Part shown: positions 19,570 to 29,085 of the stretch, piece after piece
Layout: each line of letters begins with the position of its first letter
Numbering within the stretch: position 1 is the first letter of the stretch
DNA from: a virus
Virus record (IMG/VR): IMGVR_UViG_3300008255_000101
Location: 32,001-96,000 of that record
Reading direction: 5' to 3' (one strand)
DNA: 64,000 nucleotides
Translations under genes and position numbers: made by a program
The notes under the pieces: model-generated
Database searches by the model: none
The model's input: only the letters and a program-made list of their open reading frames with translations
Told to the model about the DNA's origin: nothing

Positions 19570-20661
19570 CTACCTCACAGAGCCCCTCGGCTCTCCTATT
19601 ACCCTTTTACCTACTACCGCGGTGGCACCCGGTCTGATAGGCACCTCGCTGGCTGCTATCCTAACCCTGTCCTCCTCAGCCTTTTGCTTCGCCAATCCCA
19701 TAGGGGTCGCCTCACCCCTCATAACCCTTTCCATTTCCTCCGGGGTCACTTCGAAACTACCGGTGTGGGGATCACCGCCCCTTTGGCGGCGAACTTCTTC
19801 CAGACGCTTCTTTTCGACCTCTTCTCTTTCCTGAAGTTCTCGACGTAGCTTTACACGGTAACCCTCGATAAAGAGATCATGCTTATCTTGGACGCCGTGC
19901 ATCTGTCTTTCCAGCTCGTCCATGATATCTTTGGCAGTATCCAATTTTGCAGTCCACCGCTCTTTCTTGTCAAGGGACTTGTCCTTGGTGATCCTCTTAT
20001 GCGCCTCGGAGCCATACTCCACAAGCATCCTACGATTTTTCTCTATAAGCTCTTTTTCACCCTTGATACCGGCTCCCACTTTTTGGGAACCCTTGGGGTT
20101 TGTGGCAGAGGTAAGAAAAAGAGCATTTGACATTCTCTTATCACTTTCCACTTCTTGGTCCAAACTCATATTCACCAGGGACCATACCTCCACACTTTCA
20201 GGTATACCCAAGGTGGAAGTGCCGGGGATATGAGTGACCTCTGGGGATAGGAGGGGGCTACCCCTACGGGACTTCCACAGCAGCCTTGATGGTGTACTGT
20301 ATGAGAACCCCTCCACTAGATTACAATAGCGCCTATAGCGACCCTGCAACCTAATAGCAGTCTCCTCCACATTTTCGAACAGATGGACTGGGAGGCTACC
20401 GTACATGTCGACGAGGCTGTCTACGTGCTCCTGGCGGTTCTCCAGGGTCATTACCCCGTTAGCCATAAACGTAGCGTAAGCCATGCGGTATAAACGAAAG
20501 CACAGGATCCCCCTGCCGAACGAATGGTAGCGGGCCATGTCCAACTCATGGGGTGTCAAAGTTTTCAGGATAAGGGAAAGACCGCCGTAGTTAAACCCTA
20601 CGGTGTCAAACCCTCTCTCAGCGACTTTGAGGAGAACCCTGTATGCACGGCCTACATCCAT
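19570..20661 (-). CDS. Putative tail assembly chaperone (second, T-like)
   Basis: 363 aa between the first chaperone and the tape measure gene, with a charged coiled-coil C-terminus. Confidence 0.55.
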   Translation of the reverse strand: MDVGRAYRVLLKVAERGFDTVGFNYGGLSLILKTLTPHELDMARYHSFGRGILCFRLYRMAYATFMANGVMTLENRQEHVDSLVDMYGSLPVHLFENVEETAIRLQGRYRRYCNLVEGFSYSTPSRLLWKSRRGSPLLSPEVTHIPGTSTLGIPESVEVWSLVNMSLDQEVESDKRMSNALFLTSATNPKGSQKVGAGIKGEKELIEKNRRMLVEYGSEAHKRITKDKSLDKKERWTAKLDTAKDIMDELERQMHGVQDKHDLFIEGYRVKLRRELQEREEVEKKRLEEVRRQRGGDPHTGSFEVTPEEMERVMRGEATPMGLAKQKAEEDRVRIAASEVPIRPGATAVVGKRVIGEPRGSVR

Positions 20662-20676
20662 TATGGGGCAGCTCCG

Positions 20677-21288
20677 CTATGCCACTGGTTCTGTAGGAGT
20701 GGGTGGTTCGGGGGTCTGGAAGGAGGGAGTATCTTGAGAGGTACTACCATCGTCCGTATACTCCACACGCCGTTCCTCTTCCTGACGCATTTTTTCCTCT
20801 TCAGCAAGAAGGGCTTCTTCTTCCTCCTGCTCGTCCCTTTCATCCTTTTCAATAAGATTTTCCCCGAACCACTCGTATTTTACGGATTCTCGGATATCCT
20901 TACGGATCTTCTTTTTCAAGTCGATGCATACAAGGTGTAGGGATGTGACCAGGGAAGCAGGCCATTCTGTGATCTCCCCCAACAGGTACAAAACCCGTTC
21001 CTTGGTATGGGCGGGCACATCGCCTTCTGCGGGGATATTCACGATTTCAGGTATTTCTACGCCATCGACGGCCTTCAGCATGGACGCGATGGTCCGGAGC
21101 CGGATATTACCTATGGCGGCCACGGCGTCGCTGGGGTCGATTGCCTGTTGGGACAATTCACCAGCTAGGGCAAACTCATCCCTATTGGACGTGGGGCCAA
21201 ATCCGAATACGACACCTTTGATGGTGGCGGTGGCTTTCAGGTTATCGTCCCGAAAGGCTTCCTTGATTTTCTTGGTGATGTTCAGCAT
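20677..21288 (-). CDS. Putative tail assembly chaperone (G-like)
   Basis: 203 aa with an acidic C-terminal tail, directly after the tube gene. AGGAG RBS. Confidence 0.6.
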   Translation of the reverse strand: MLNITKKIKEAFRDDNLKATATIKGVVFGFGPTSNRDEFALAGELSQQAIDPSDAVAAIGNIRLRTIASMLKAVDGVEIPEIVNIPAEGDVPAHTKERVLYLLGEITEWPASLVTSLHLVCIDLKKKIRKDIRESVKYEWFGENLIEKDERDEQEEEEALLAEEEKMRQEEERRVEYTDDGSTSQDTPSFQTPEPPTPTEPVA

Positions 21289-21462
21289 CTACCCGTCTCC
21301 TATCTAATGGACATAACGTCCGTTTTTGATTTGCACAATTAACCATGCAAGACGGGGCAGCACTAAGACCGAATGTTCTAAGATTTTTCATGTGGTATCT
21401 TTTTGCTGGTAAGGCTACTTTTGGCCCTACGATATCTTATTTCATTTTGGATCTTGGATCGG

Positions 21463-21493
21463 AAAAAGGCCCCGGTTTTTACACCGGGGCCTT
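21463..21493 (-). terminator. Rho-independent terminator after the sheath-tube operon
   Basis: Minus strand AAGGCCCCGGT-GTAAAA-ACCGGGGCCTTTTT: GC-rich stem plus U-tract. Confidence 0.85.
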
Positions 21494-21516
21494 CAGTCCC
21501 GTCTTACGTCAACGTC

Positions 21517-22179
21517 TTAGGCCGTTAGGCCTTGCATACGCACAGACATCATCTTGTTACCGGTATCCTCGCGAGGATCGGTAAGGATCTGATGAGTACC
21601 ATCGTACACGTCGGAAACCATCATGGAACAATTTTCTTGCACCAAGGCAGCATCGGAAGAATAACTGGTGCTCCAATCTTGGAACCAGCATGCTTCAAAC
21701 ACCGTTAGGGTAGCCGAAAAATCTTCACCAGTGGCGTCCTGCATTCCACTCTTACCGTTACCGTCAGACAGATCCGAAACCAGTTCAGAGAACACGGTTT
21801 CCTTGATCACGTCGAAAGGCCAGCGGTGATGTTTCAGTGAGCGTACCAGTCCGTCGATACCACCCTTGTACCCAAACACCTGATACATGTTGGACAAGTA
21901 CTGTGCAGTACGGTCCACGCTCAGGGTCATAGGTTCAGTTACACCGGGAATCAATTCAGCGATCTGGTCGCCGTAACCGATACCACGGATGGGTTCGATC
22001 GAACGGGATTCATTGGGGTTGAATGCAGCGATCACACCGACCTGCACCTTCTGCCCTTCCCCTTGTTCTTGTCCTGCAGGTACCGCGAAGATCTTCGTCT
22101 TGGACGAAATCTCGGAAACGGTATTTGGGGAAACACCTTTCCTAACTACGTAGGTATCCTGATCACTTCTCAGAGCCAT
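21517..22179 (-). CDS. Tail tube protein
   Basis: 220 aa downstream of the sheath gene. Tube-type motifs (VGVIAAFNPNESR...IRGIG...ELIPG, VFEACWFQDWSTSY). Strong GGAGGAG RBS. Confidence 0.8.
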   Translation of the reverse strand: MALRSDQDTYVVRKGVSPNTVSEISSKTKIFAVPAGQEQGEGQKVQVGVIAAFNPNESRSIEPIRGIGYGDQIAELIPGVTEPMTLSVDRTAQYLSNMYQVFGYKGGIDGLVRSLKHHRWPFDVIKETVFSELVSDLSDGNGKSGMQDATGEDFSATLTVFEACWFQDWSTSYSSDAALVQENCSMMVSDVYDGTHQILTDPREDTGNKMMSVRMQGLTA

Positions 22180-22216
22180 ATGTTACTCCTCCAATTACAC
22201 GTTCCGATGAACGGTC

Positions 22217-23014
22217 TTAGTTATTGAAAAGACCGTGTAGTTCGCTGTCCGATGCTTCCAGTTGGACAGGTTCCACAGAGGAACTTCCACCCATTTGGAT
22301 ACCTGCGAACACGTAACCTTCTTCAGCAGCTTCCTTGGGCTCTTCCTTCCCCTCTTCCTTCTCAGGAGCGGGTGCGGGAGCTTCGGCAGCAGCCTTGGAT
22401 TCCATGGTGTCCACAGGTCCATCGCTCTTAGCCACCATGTCCGATTTGATCACGGTAGCGTCTTCCGGAGTTTGCTCTTTGGGGAGCTTTGCACCGGTAT
22501 TGTCGGGGGTGTCGGTCACAGTGCCTTCACCTTCGGACTTTCCATCAGGAATCTGTTCCTTAGGGAGAGCAGCCGCAGGGACAGCATCAGGACGACCAGC
22601 ATCGGCAGCAAGCTTGGCTAGCACAGCGGCCGCGGCCTTACTGTTCCAGGCGCCTGCAGCTTCCGCAGCAGATTTCATGGTGATCACAGGTCCGTCGCTC
22701 TTCTTCACCATGTCAGAATCCAGGGATTCAGCGACATCGGGAAGTTGATTGGTTTCGACCTTGGCACCGGAAGCTTCAGGAGCGGTCTGCTCCGTGCCTT
22801 GCTTGACGCCTTCGCCGTCAGGAGTTTGATCCTTAGGCAAAGTAGAGGCAAGCTTGGCCAGGGAGTCCAAGTTCACCATACTGGCAAACTTCTCGTCCGA
22901 AGCTTGATGGAGAGCCTCAGCCGCGGTATTGATATCCGTGGCCATGGCTTCGTGGGTGATAATCTCAGATGCTTGCCTGAGAAGACCTATGAGGGCTACC
23001 TTCTGTTCTTGCAT
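22217..23014 (-). CDS. Acidic, largely disordered repeat protein between sheath and tube
   Basis: 265 aa with LPK[DE]Q[TI]P[DE] x3 and SDMV[KA]KSDGPV x2. AAGGAG RBS. Confidence 0.75.
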   Translation of the reverse strand: MQEQKVALIGLLRQASEIITHEAMATDINTAAEALHQASDEKFASMVNLDSLAKLASTLPKDQTPDGEGVKQGTEQTAPEASGAKVETNQLPDVAESLDSDMVKKSDGPVITMKSAAEAAGAWNSKAAAAVLAKLAADAGRPDAVPAAALPKEQIPDGKSEGEGTVTDTPDNTGAKLPKEQTPEDATVIKSDMVAKSDGPVDTMESKAAAEAPAPAPEKEEGKEEPKEAAEEGYVFAGIQMGGSSSVEPVQLEASDSELHGLFNN

Positions 23015-23025
23015 TTTGTTTCTCC

Positions 23026-25857
23026 TTACAGTGTGCTTCTCAGGTAGTGAGTTACAGTGATCCAGTTCAATCCGAAAATCGGACGGTAGTACACGACTAC
23101 ATTGATGATAGTGGGGTCGGCATCGTCAACCACAGCCTTGATACCTTGGAAAGCCCCAATCAGATTGAGGAGTTTCAAGGAGCTGAAGTAGCTGTTCAGG
23201 CTCTTTTCGATGTCGTTGGTGAGACCATTGATCATCTTCTTACCGATGAACACGTCACAAGTCCTACGGACACCCTGCTGCACGAAGTGCTTAACAGAGA
23301 TGATACGAGGGTCACGAGTCAAAGGAGAGGACAGATCAGTGGTCAGTGCCATCATAACTTTGATGACGCCGAATTTGTTTTCCAGCACGGTGATACCAGC
23401 CTGGGCAACCTGGGAAGCGTTGGCCAAGGTCATGGCTCTTGCCAGACGGAGGATACCCACCAAATCGATGTTGGTCAGAGGGGTAGCCACGTCACGAGAC
23501 GGGGATACATCCGCACCAGCCATGGCACAAGCGATGTACTCCCCACCGACCTGGATGTCCTGGTCATTACCGTTTTCATCAGGAACGGTAATAACCGCTC
23601 CGTCAGGGTAGATGGCTGTGAGGAGTTCAGTACGAAGAGCCTTGGCGTAACCAATGGCTGCTTCAGGTGTGGTACCCAAGGCAAAGCCAAAGTAGGAAGT
23701 CCTTTCGTTCTTGAAGCGGATGCTGGTCTGCTGAGCGTTGGAGCTCTTCAGGTGGTTGATCACCTGTTGATTGGAGGTAACCACCTGAAGGATGCAGGGG
23801 CGAGTGCTGTTGGAAAGGGGTTCGTCGAATTCGTCGATGGCGGCGATGTAACTGTTTACAGAAGCATCGTTGCTGTCAGGAGCCTTCTGCACCTGCTTAA
23901 GAGCCAGGGCTTGAGCACCATTCTTGAAAGCCAAGTCGGCAGCGATAACGATAGGGTTGTTCTGGGCCAAAGGACCGAACAGACGAGTCACTTCAGGGAA
24001 GGTTGTGACATACTTGGTAGTAAAGTCCACCTTCACCTTGTCGAAAGTCACGTAGTACACGTCACCCACGCCAGGTTCTTCGTCGTAGTTCATATTGTAG
24101 GTTTTGAGCAAAGCGGTGTCAGAAACAGCCACGCCCAAAGTCGTTTCCACATTGAAGCGAAGGTTAGGGATACCCAGCTCGTAGTTCACGCCTACGGTGA
24201 AATCCTTGGTCACGTTGAAGATCAAGGTTCCGGCAGTAGCGGATTCCAGAGCGAAGGTGAATCCAGTGATGGTGTCCACATAAGTCTGACCCACGGTACC
24301 AGTGTTGATGGAACCAGATCCAGTGCCGGTGGCGACGTTGGAGGTAACCACAAAATCACCACCGGCATCCACGGTCACGGTAACGATTTCATTACCGCGA
24401 GAGCGCGAAGGAGCAATATATGCGTTGCTGGCAGAACCGGCAGCGTCATCCCAACTGGTAGTTCCTGAGTCCAGGAAGGTAGCAGTGGATGTGCTGGCAC
24501 CATCCAAGCTGACCTGGTACACGTTTCCGTTGGTAGCTCCGCGAACAGTGTACTTACCTACTCCGGCGGCACCAGCCACGGAGTTGGTTACTGTCCAGGT
24601 GTCATCTTTGTACATGTTCACGTAGGAGTCCACGAAAACATATTCTCCGACAGCAGGAGCCGTTTGCAGAGTGATGGTCTTACCGTCCAACTTGGTGATG
24701 ACCGCTTCTACAGCGGTAGCCAAGGTGGTGCCCACATAGGCCGTAAGGTCGTCGTAAGTTTCGGGGGTGCCATTTCCGATATCAGAAATGGGGTTACCCA
24801 TTCCGTCACCTTTAACAGGTACCCATGGCAGCGTGAAGGACTTTGTGGTGCCGTTACCGGTCCCCACGGAAGCCTTGTAGTAGCGCCAGTCCACCATGAC
24901 AGCGGAAATCTGGTTAGCTCCGAATTCAGTGGAACCCACAGTGGTGTCACCGGCTTCGACGGAAGCCGAGTTACCCCAATGGATTTCGTTACCGTTAGCC
25001 AATACGTAGTCTCTTCCGTTCAGGAAGTCTGTGCGGCCGGCGTCGTAACCTGCACGAACGATGCTACTCACCAAAGCGGCTGGCAAGATATCGTACGTGT
25101 TTTGGTAATCGTTGGAGAAATAGCTTACGAGAATTTCAGCTCCAGCGGTAGGGGCTGACACGAGAGTGAACACACCAGTGCTTCCACTGATGGACTCAAC
25201 AGATGCTTCCACACCGTCAACCATTACGAGAAGGACGGGTACGGTGATGATGCTTCCGTTGGACTCGGTAGAGGCGCTTGCGCCAATGTCAGAGTTAGTA
25301 GCGCTTGCGCCACCGTTATCACCCTTGACGATGCGAGCGGCCTTCACCTTGAACTGGCGAGTAGTTCCGTCCGCCTGTACAGTAAGGTCTTCGGCTTCGT
25401 TGTAGGAGTCGCGGCGCTTGAAGTAGTAGTTCAATACTACCAGGTCGCCTTCCTGAGGGGGGTTAACCAGAGTGATCAAGCCGTTAACAGCGTCAATCCT
25501 TTGGACCGGTGAGTTCTCACCGTTAACCTGAACGATTACCTGGCTAGGCTCGGTAGCAAAAGTACCCTGTCCATCGCCTTTGACGAGAGGGTAGTGCTTG
25601 GCGCCGACTTGCACATTAACGCCATCAAACACATTACCTCTACCGTTGGAGGCAGCGAGTTCACCCATGATCAGATTGTCAGCGGTGGAGGAAGATCCTC
25701 GAATCATTTCGAATGATTCAACTCTTTCCTCTTCCTGACCTACACCAATAATAGCTGGGTAACGCAGACTGCCTGCAGCTGTAGGAGTGGGTGATTCCAC
25801 GAGGGTCCTAGTGTAGGTCCCGGGGAACACAAATTGTTCTAGTGGTCCTATGGCCAT
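23026..25857 (-). CDS. Contractile tail sheath protein
   Basis: 943 aa. N-terminal FPGTYTR, VTRLFG motif, and a C-terminal sheath domain (AGITVLE...ALTTD...DPTIINVVVYYRPIFGLNWITVT). Confidence 0.9.
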   Translation of the reverse strand: MAIGPLEQFVFPGTYTRTLVESPTPTAAGSLRYPAIIGVGQEEERVESFEMIRGSSSTADNLIMGELAASNGRGNVFDGVNVQVGAKHYPLVKGDGQGTFATEPSQVIVQVNGENSPVQRIDAVNGLITLVNPPQEGDLVVLNYYFKRRDSYNEAEDLTVQADGTTRQFKVKAARIVKGDNGGASATNSDIGASASTESNGSIITVPVLLVMVDGVEASVESISGSTGVFTLVSAPTAGAEILVSYFSNDYQNTYDILPAALVSSIVRAGYDAGRTDFLNGRDYVLANGNEIHWGNSASVEAGDTTVGSTEFGANQISAVMVDWRYYKASVGTGNGTTKSFTLPWVPVKGDGMGNPISDIGNGTPETYDDLTAYVGTTLATAVEAVITKLDGKTITLQTAPAVGEYVFVDSYVNMYKDDTWTVTNSVAGAAGVGKYTVRGATNGNVYQVSLDGASTSTATFLDSGTTSWDDAAGSASNAYIAPSRSRGNEIVTVTVDAGGDFVVTSNVATGTGSGSINTGTVGQTYVDTITGFTFALESATAGTLIFNVTKDFTVGVNYELGIPNLRFNVETTLGVAVSDTALLKTYNMNYDEEPGVGDVYYVTFDKVKVDFTTKYVTTFPEVTRLFGPLAQNNPIVIAADLAFKNGAQALALKQVQKAPDSNDASVNSYIAAIDEFDEPLSNSTRPCILQVVTSNQQVINHLKSSNAQQTSIRFKNERTSYFGFALGTTPEAAIGYAKALRTELLTAIYPDGAVITVPDENGNDQDIQVGGEYIACAMAGADVSPSRDVATPLTNIDLVGILRLARAMTLANASQVAQAGITVLENKFGVIKVMMALTTDLSSPLTRDPRIISVKHFVQQGVRRTCDVFIGKKMINGLTNDIEKSLNSYFSSLKLLNLIGAFQGIKAVVDDADPTIINVVVYYRPIFGLNWITVTHYLRSTL

Positions 25858-25960
25858 GCTATGTCTCCTTCAGTTATAAAAACTGCTGCCTTTTGTACTC
25901 CGGTTCGTACCCTATAGCCAGGTACCACAGAATGACTAATTTCTTCTGAGTCAACTCACG

Positions 25961-25973
25961 ATTAAAAGATTAT
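25961..25973 (-). promoter_or_regulatory. Putative late promoter motif (ATAATCTTTTAAT)
   Basis: Copy of the recurrent intergenic motif, ~100 nt upstream of the sheath gene. Confidence 0.65.
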
Positions 25974-25983
25974 AGGGTTCTGA

Positions 25984-26463
25984 CTAAATCTTTACTTCTC
26001 GGAAACCAGTCTTATCCCAAGCTTTAGGATCTCGTCCTAGGGCTCTTTGGCTATCCTGATGACCAGTCACAGCTTCTGAGTATATCTCAGATCTTTTTCT
26101 GCGGTTGGCATCACCCAGCATAGCCTCTGGATTGAACTTCTCTCCGGGTTTCACAGCGACGGTAACAATCTTGGCGCCTTCTGTTTCTTCGGCCTTCGCG
26201 ATCTTCTCAGCCGTTTTCTTCTCGAAAGCTTGCCACTTCTTATCAGCGTCTTCACCTACTACCCTGTCGATCTCTTTCTTCGTGTGGGGACTCTTTGTTT
26301 TCAAATCCAGTGGGGTATTTACGGAAAATCCCGAAAATCCGTTACGTACGGCCTTTCCAGAACAAAGGGGGCACCCCTGGTCATCCCTTTCGTTCATCGC
26401 AACCATTCTTTCGAAATTGTGGTTGCACTTAGTGCCGGAGCACTTGTATTGGTATAATGGCAT
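25984..26463 (-). CDS. FmdB-family zinc-ribbon protein
   Basis: MPLYQYKCSGTKCNHNFE...CPLCSGKAVR matches the MPxYxYxC...CPxC pattern. Confidence 0.75.
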   Translation of the reverse strand: MPLYQYKCSGTKCNHNFERMVAMNERDDQGCPLCSGKAVRNGFSGFSVNTPLDLKTKSPHTKKEIDRVVGEDADKKWQAFEKKTAEKIAKAEETEGAKIVTVAVKPGEKFNPEAMLGDANRRKRSEIYSEAVTGHQDSQRALGRDPKAWDKTGFREVKI

Positions 26464-26478
26464 CTGGTTTTCTCCTAT

Positions 26479-27918
26479 CTAGTAGAATCTTGGATATGCT
26501 GTTTTTGGGTAGATAACCTGGAAGGGCTTATTGTCTACCCACATCTCTTCTTCGAACCACACCGATGGATTGACAGCAGTCACGCTATCCTTGACGTCCG
26601 TTGGAACCACTCGTCCCTCTGACACCTTAGCACGGTACTTAGCCAGCTTCAGTATGTAAGGAACGAATTTCTTCCACTCGGTCATTATTTCCATGGATAT
26701 GGTGTTTTGGAAGTACACGGCCTGGGTGGCATCGTCGTAGGATTCTTCCATCTCGCCTGTGGCATCACAAGCCTCGATGGTTATGCCTTCCCAGCGCAGG
26801 GGTTCCTTGCGGTTTCCCCAAATGTCAGAAATCAAATGGTCAGTCAATTCTTCGGTAGACATTGGGTCCCGAGTAAAAACCTTCCATTCTAAATTCATTA
26901 TGTAGTGGCCGCCATACACTTTGGCCACCTGCTCCCTCTGGGGATTAAGAACCACTACCTGCTTGTCCCCTGCCTGCTTACGGCTACCCACAGAAAGCAC
27001 TACACCTTTGATGGCGCTGTCTATGTACTGGTACTCATCCTTTACCGGGAAAGGACCTCTGTCCTCACCTCTCCATCTATAGGATGCGTAAACAGTGGTG
27101 CCCGTCTGCAGGGGGCGTAGGAAAGTGACCAAACCGGTTTCATCCACGTCGTAGTCGACGCCTCTGTCCAGGTAGATCAAAGTGGAGTTGAAGTTTTTCT
27201 TGGTGGTTAGGTTGAGGACGTAATCCAAGAGTACGGGGCTATTAGTTAGCTGTGCGTTAACTTCCACACCAGTTGTCTTTGCTATCAAAACTTCATTGAA
27301 CTCCGAGTACATCGGGGTTATCATAAAGTTGTCGTTCGCATCAAATTCTATGAAGTAGTAACCGGGTTTATCCACATCCACGTAGTAATAGGAGACTTCA
27401 ATCTTATCAGTGGAGGAAGCTGAGTATGGTAAACGGATCTGTCCACTCGCGGCATCCACTCCGGCGGCATCCAGGGGAACACCGTTTACATACAACTTTA
27501 CCTGTCCAAAGCTGGTAGCAGGCATCGTGTTTTGATTACCGGCTGCGATGGGAGCGTTAGCCACAGTCACCGTTCGCTGAGTCAAAGGATCCAGAGTGCT
27601 GGACACATCTTCTTTCTCGACGTAAGGTGTCAGATTATAGGCGTCTTCCCACACCCACTCGATGGTGGAACCCGGATAGTTTCCTACCCTGGTCAAAGCT
27701 ACCAGGGACCACAGGTCCCCTATGTAATCGTCGGGGCTTAGGTTTATGCGGGAAGAGGACACGCTCTGCAGGACTACTCCTGTCTGAGGTCTCTCCTTAC
27801 CCATATGAAGTCTGTTGTAGGCTTTCGTCCCGTGGGCATACGTAGGATGGCGCTGAATCGATAGATTCATCTCCTCAAACATCCTGTGCTTTATGGCACT
27901 GTATAGCTTATTTTCCAT
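26479..27918 (-). CDS. Putative tail terminator/neck completion protein
   Basis: 479 aa just upstream of the sheath, with inserted beta-sandwich modules. The call rests mainly on position. Confidence 0.5.
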   Translation of the reverse strand: MENKLYSAIKHRMFEEMNLSIQRHPTYAHGTKAYNRLHMGKERPQTGVVLQSVSSSRINLSPDDYIGDLWSLVALTRVGNYPGSTIEWVWEDAYNLTPYVEKEDVSSTLDPLTQRTVTVANAPIAAGNQNTMPATSFGQVKLYVNGVPLDAAGVDAASGQIRLPYSASSTDKIEVSYYYVDVDKPGYYFIEFDANDNFMITPMYSEFNEVLIAKTTGVEVNAQLTNSPVLLDYVLNLTTKKNFNSTLIYLDRGVDYDVDETGLVTFLRPLQTGTTVYASYRWRGEDRGPFPVKDEYQYIDSAIKGVVLSVGSRKQAGDKQVVVLNPQREQVAKVYGGHYIMNLEWKVFTRDPMSTEELTDHLISDIWGNRKEPLRWEGITIEACDATGEMEESYDDATQAVYFQNTISMEIMTEWKKFVPYILKLAKYRAKVSEGRVVPTDVKDSVTAVNPSVWFEEEMWVDNKPFQVIYPKTAYPRFY

Positions 27919-27945
27919 GGGCCCTACTTTAAAGGGGTGCGAGCG

Positions 27946-27958
27946 ATTAGAATATTAT
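27946..27958 (-). promoter_or_regulatory. Putative late promoter motif (ATAATATTCTAAT)
   Basis: Motif copy ~28 nt upstream of the start at 27918. Confidence 0.6.
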
Positions 27959-28001
27959 GGGGTTTTCAGAGGGTGACTCAAATAATTTGTGGTGTTTTAA
28001 T

Positions 28002-28036
28002 AAAGTACCCCACCTCTTTTAGGAAGTGGGGTACTT
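28002..28036 (-). terminator. Rho-independent terminator after the actin-like gene
   Basis: AAGTACCCCAC...GTGGGGTACTT inverted repeat followed by a T-rich tract on the minus strand. Confidence 0.75.
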
Positions 28037-28055
28037 AAAGTTTAGACCGGTTGGA

Positions 28056-29069
28056 TTACTCCGAGAAATTGATTGCCGCGATGAGCAGTCCCTTGGCAAC
28101 GTCGTTCAAAGGATCGTTGGCCAAGCGTATCTCCGAAATAGGGATGGGGAAGTCAGTGACCTTGTCGAACTCGGCTTGGAACAATTCCAAAAAGTTCTTA
28201 GCCTTAGCAGTACCGCCAGAAAGAACCCATGGTAGGGGCTCATCCACTTGTACGGCACTTTCCGTTTTACGGAACTCCCTCTTGATGTTATCCACCACAT
28301 ACTTGATGAGATTCTTGTAATAGACGATAATGGCTTCCCGCTCACGTAAATGCTTGGGATCTCCGTCGGTGGGGTCCAAAAGGTTCACGCCGCGTTCCTT
28401 AATGGCCATGATCTGCGAAGCAGTCATGCCCACAGCCCTGGCTGCATTTTCATCGATCCAGTCCCCCGACCGAGCCACAGAAAACTTCATACCTTCCATG
28501 GTCTGGTAAACCAAGGCCGAGTTCACCATGCCTGCTCCGAAGCTTGTGGCCAAAGCGGTAAAGGCCTCATCGGAACAGTTAGAGAATACCAGAGAGGTGG
28601 CCTCATTCATGGGTTGTGCGGTGTACCCGATCTGTTCGAGGATTTTCTTAAAAATTGCCTCATGGTAGGCTACATCGCCTTCCGCGTCCACGGGAGCCGC
28701 TGGGATGGAGTAGAAGCATACTTCCCCCTTCTGCGCGGGATCCCCCACCACTTCCTTAAGAAGGATGTACAGGATATTCTCAGCTTCCCTCTCGCCTGCG
28801 GAAATGACTCCCTTAGATAGGGGACGGCGTGCTTCGCGCTTCATCATGTTGGCGATCTTCAGAGCGGGGTCGCCCACGATGTAGAGTGTATCGCCCTTCT
28901 CGATGAAACTCACCTTGCTCATTTTGAGCATATTCTTAGTAGCGGGTTCGTTGTCCATGTTAAGAAAAGCGTCCCGGACAGATGTGATGTTCACGTCTGC
29001 CATGTCCGTGCTATCCGTTGTGGTAGCTCCCACAAGGAAACAGGTTCCGATGTCTAGCCCTTTTGCCAT
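28056..29069 (-). CDS. Actin-like ATPase (MreB/ParM/FtsA superfamily)
   Basis: All five actin-fold motifs: phosphate-1 GLDIGT, connect-1 PMNEA, phosphate-2 SFGAGM, adenosine VLSGGTA, connect-2 DPLNDVAKGL. 337 aa; AGGAGG RBS. Confidence 0.85.
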   Translation of the reverse strand: MAKGLDIGTCFLVGATTTDSTDMADVNITSVRDAFLNMDNEPATKNMLKMSKVSFIEKGDTLYIVGDPALKIANMMKREARRPLSKGVISAGEREAENILYILLKEVVGDPAQKGEVCFYSIPAAPVDAEGDVAYHEAIFKKILEQIGYTAQPMNEATSLVFSNCSDEAFTALATSFGAGMVNSALVYQTMEGMKFSVARSGDWIDENAARAVGMTASQIMAIKERGVNLLDPTDGDPKHLREREAIIVYYKNLIKYVVDNIKREFRKTESAVQVDEPLPWVLSGGTAKAKNFLELFQAEFDKVTDFPIPISEIRLANDPLNDVAKGLLIAAINFSE

Positions 29070-29085
29070 AATGGCCTCCTATCTG

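Noticed and set aside
20661-20852. Classical -1 frameshift linking the two tail chaperones via the 63-aa alternate ORF
   Set aside because: That frame stops (TAA) at the downstream ATG and is not in frame with it, so a single shift cannot give the fusion.
21289-21462. Possible ncRNA or tRNA in the longest intergenic gap
   Set aside because: Only short inverted repeats (TTGCA...TGCAA, GGAC...GTCC) are present, with no cloverleaf or recognisable RNA family.
9125-25857. Bacterial eCIS/T6SS/tailocin locus rather than a phage
   Set aside because: Neck/head-joining-like genes, a long tape measure, putative internal head proteins and a private promoter motif over more than 60 kb point to a large phage. 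Capsid and terminase are not in the window, so this is not formally excluded.
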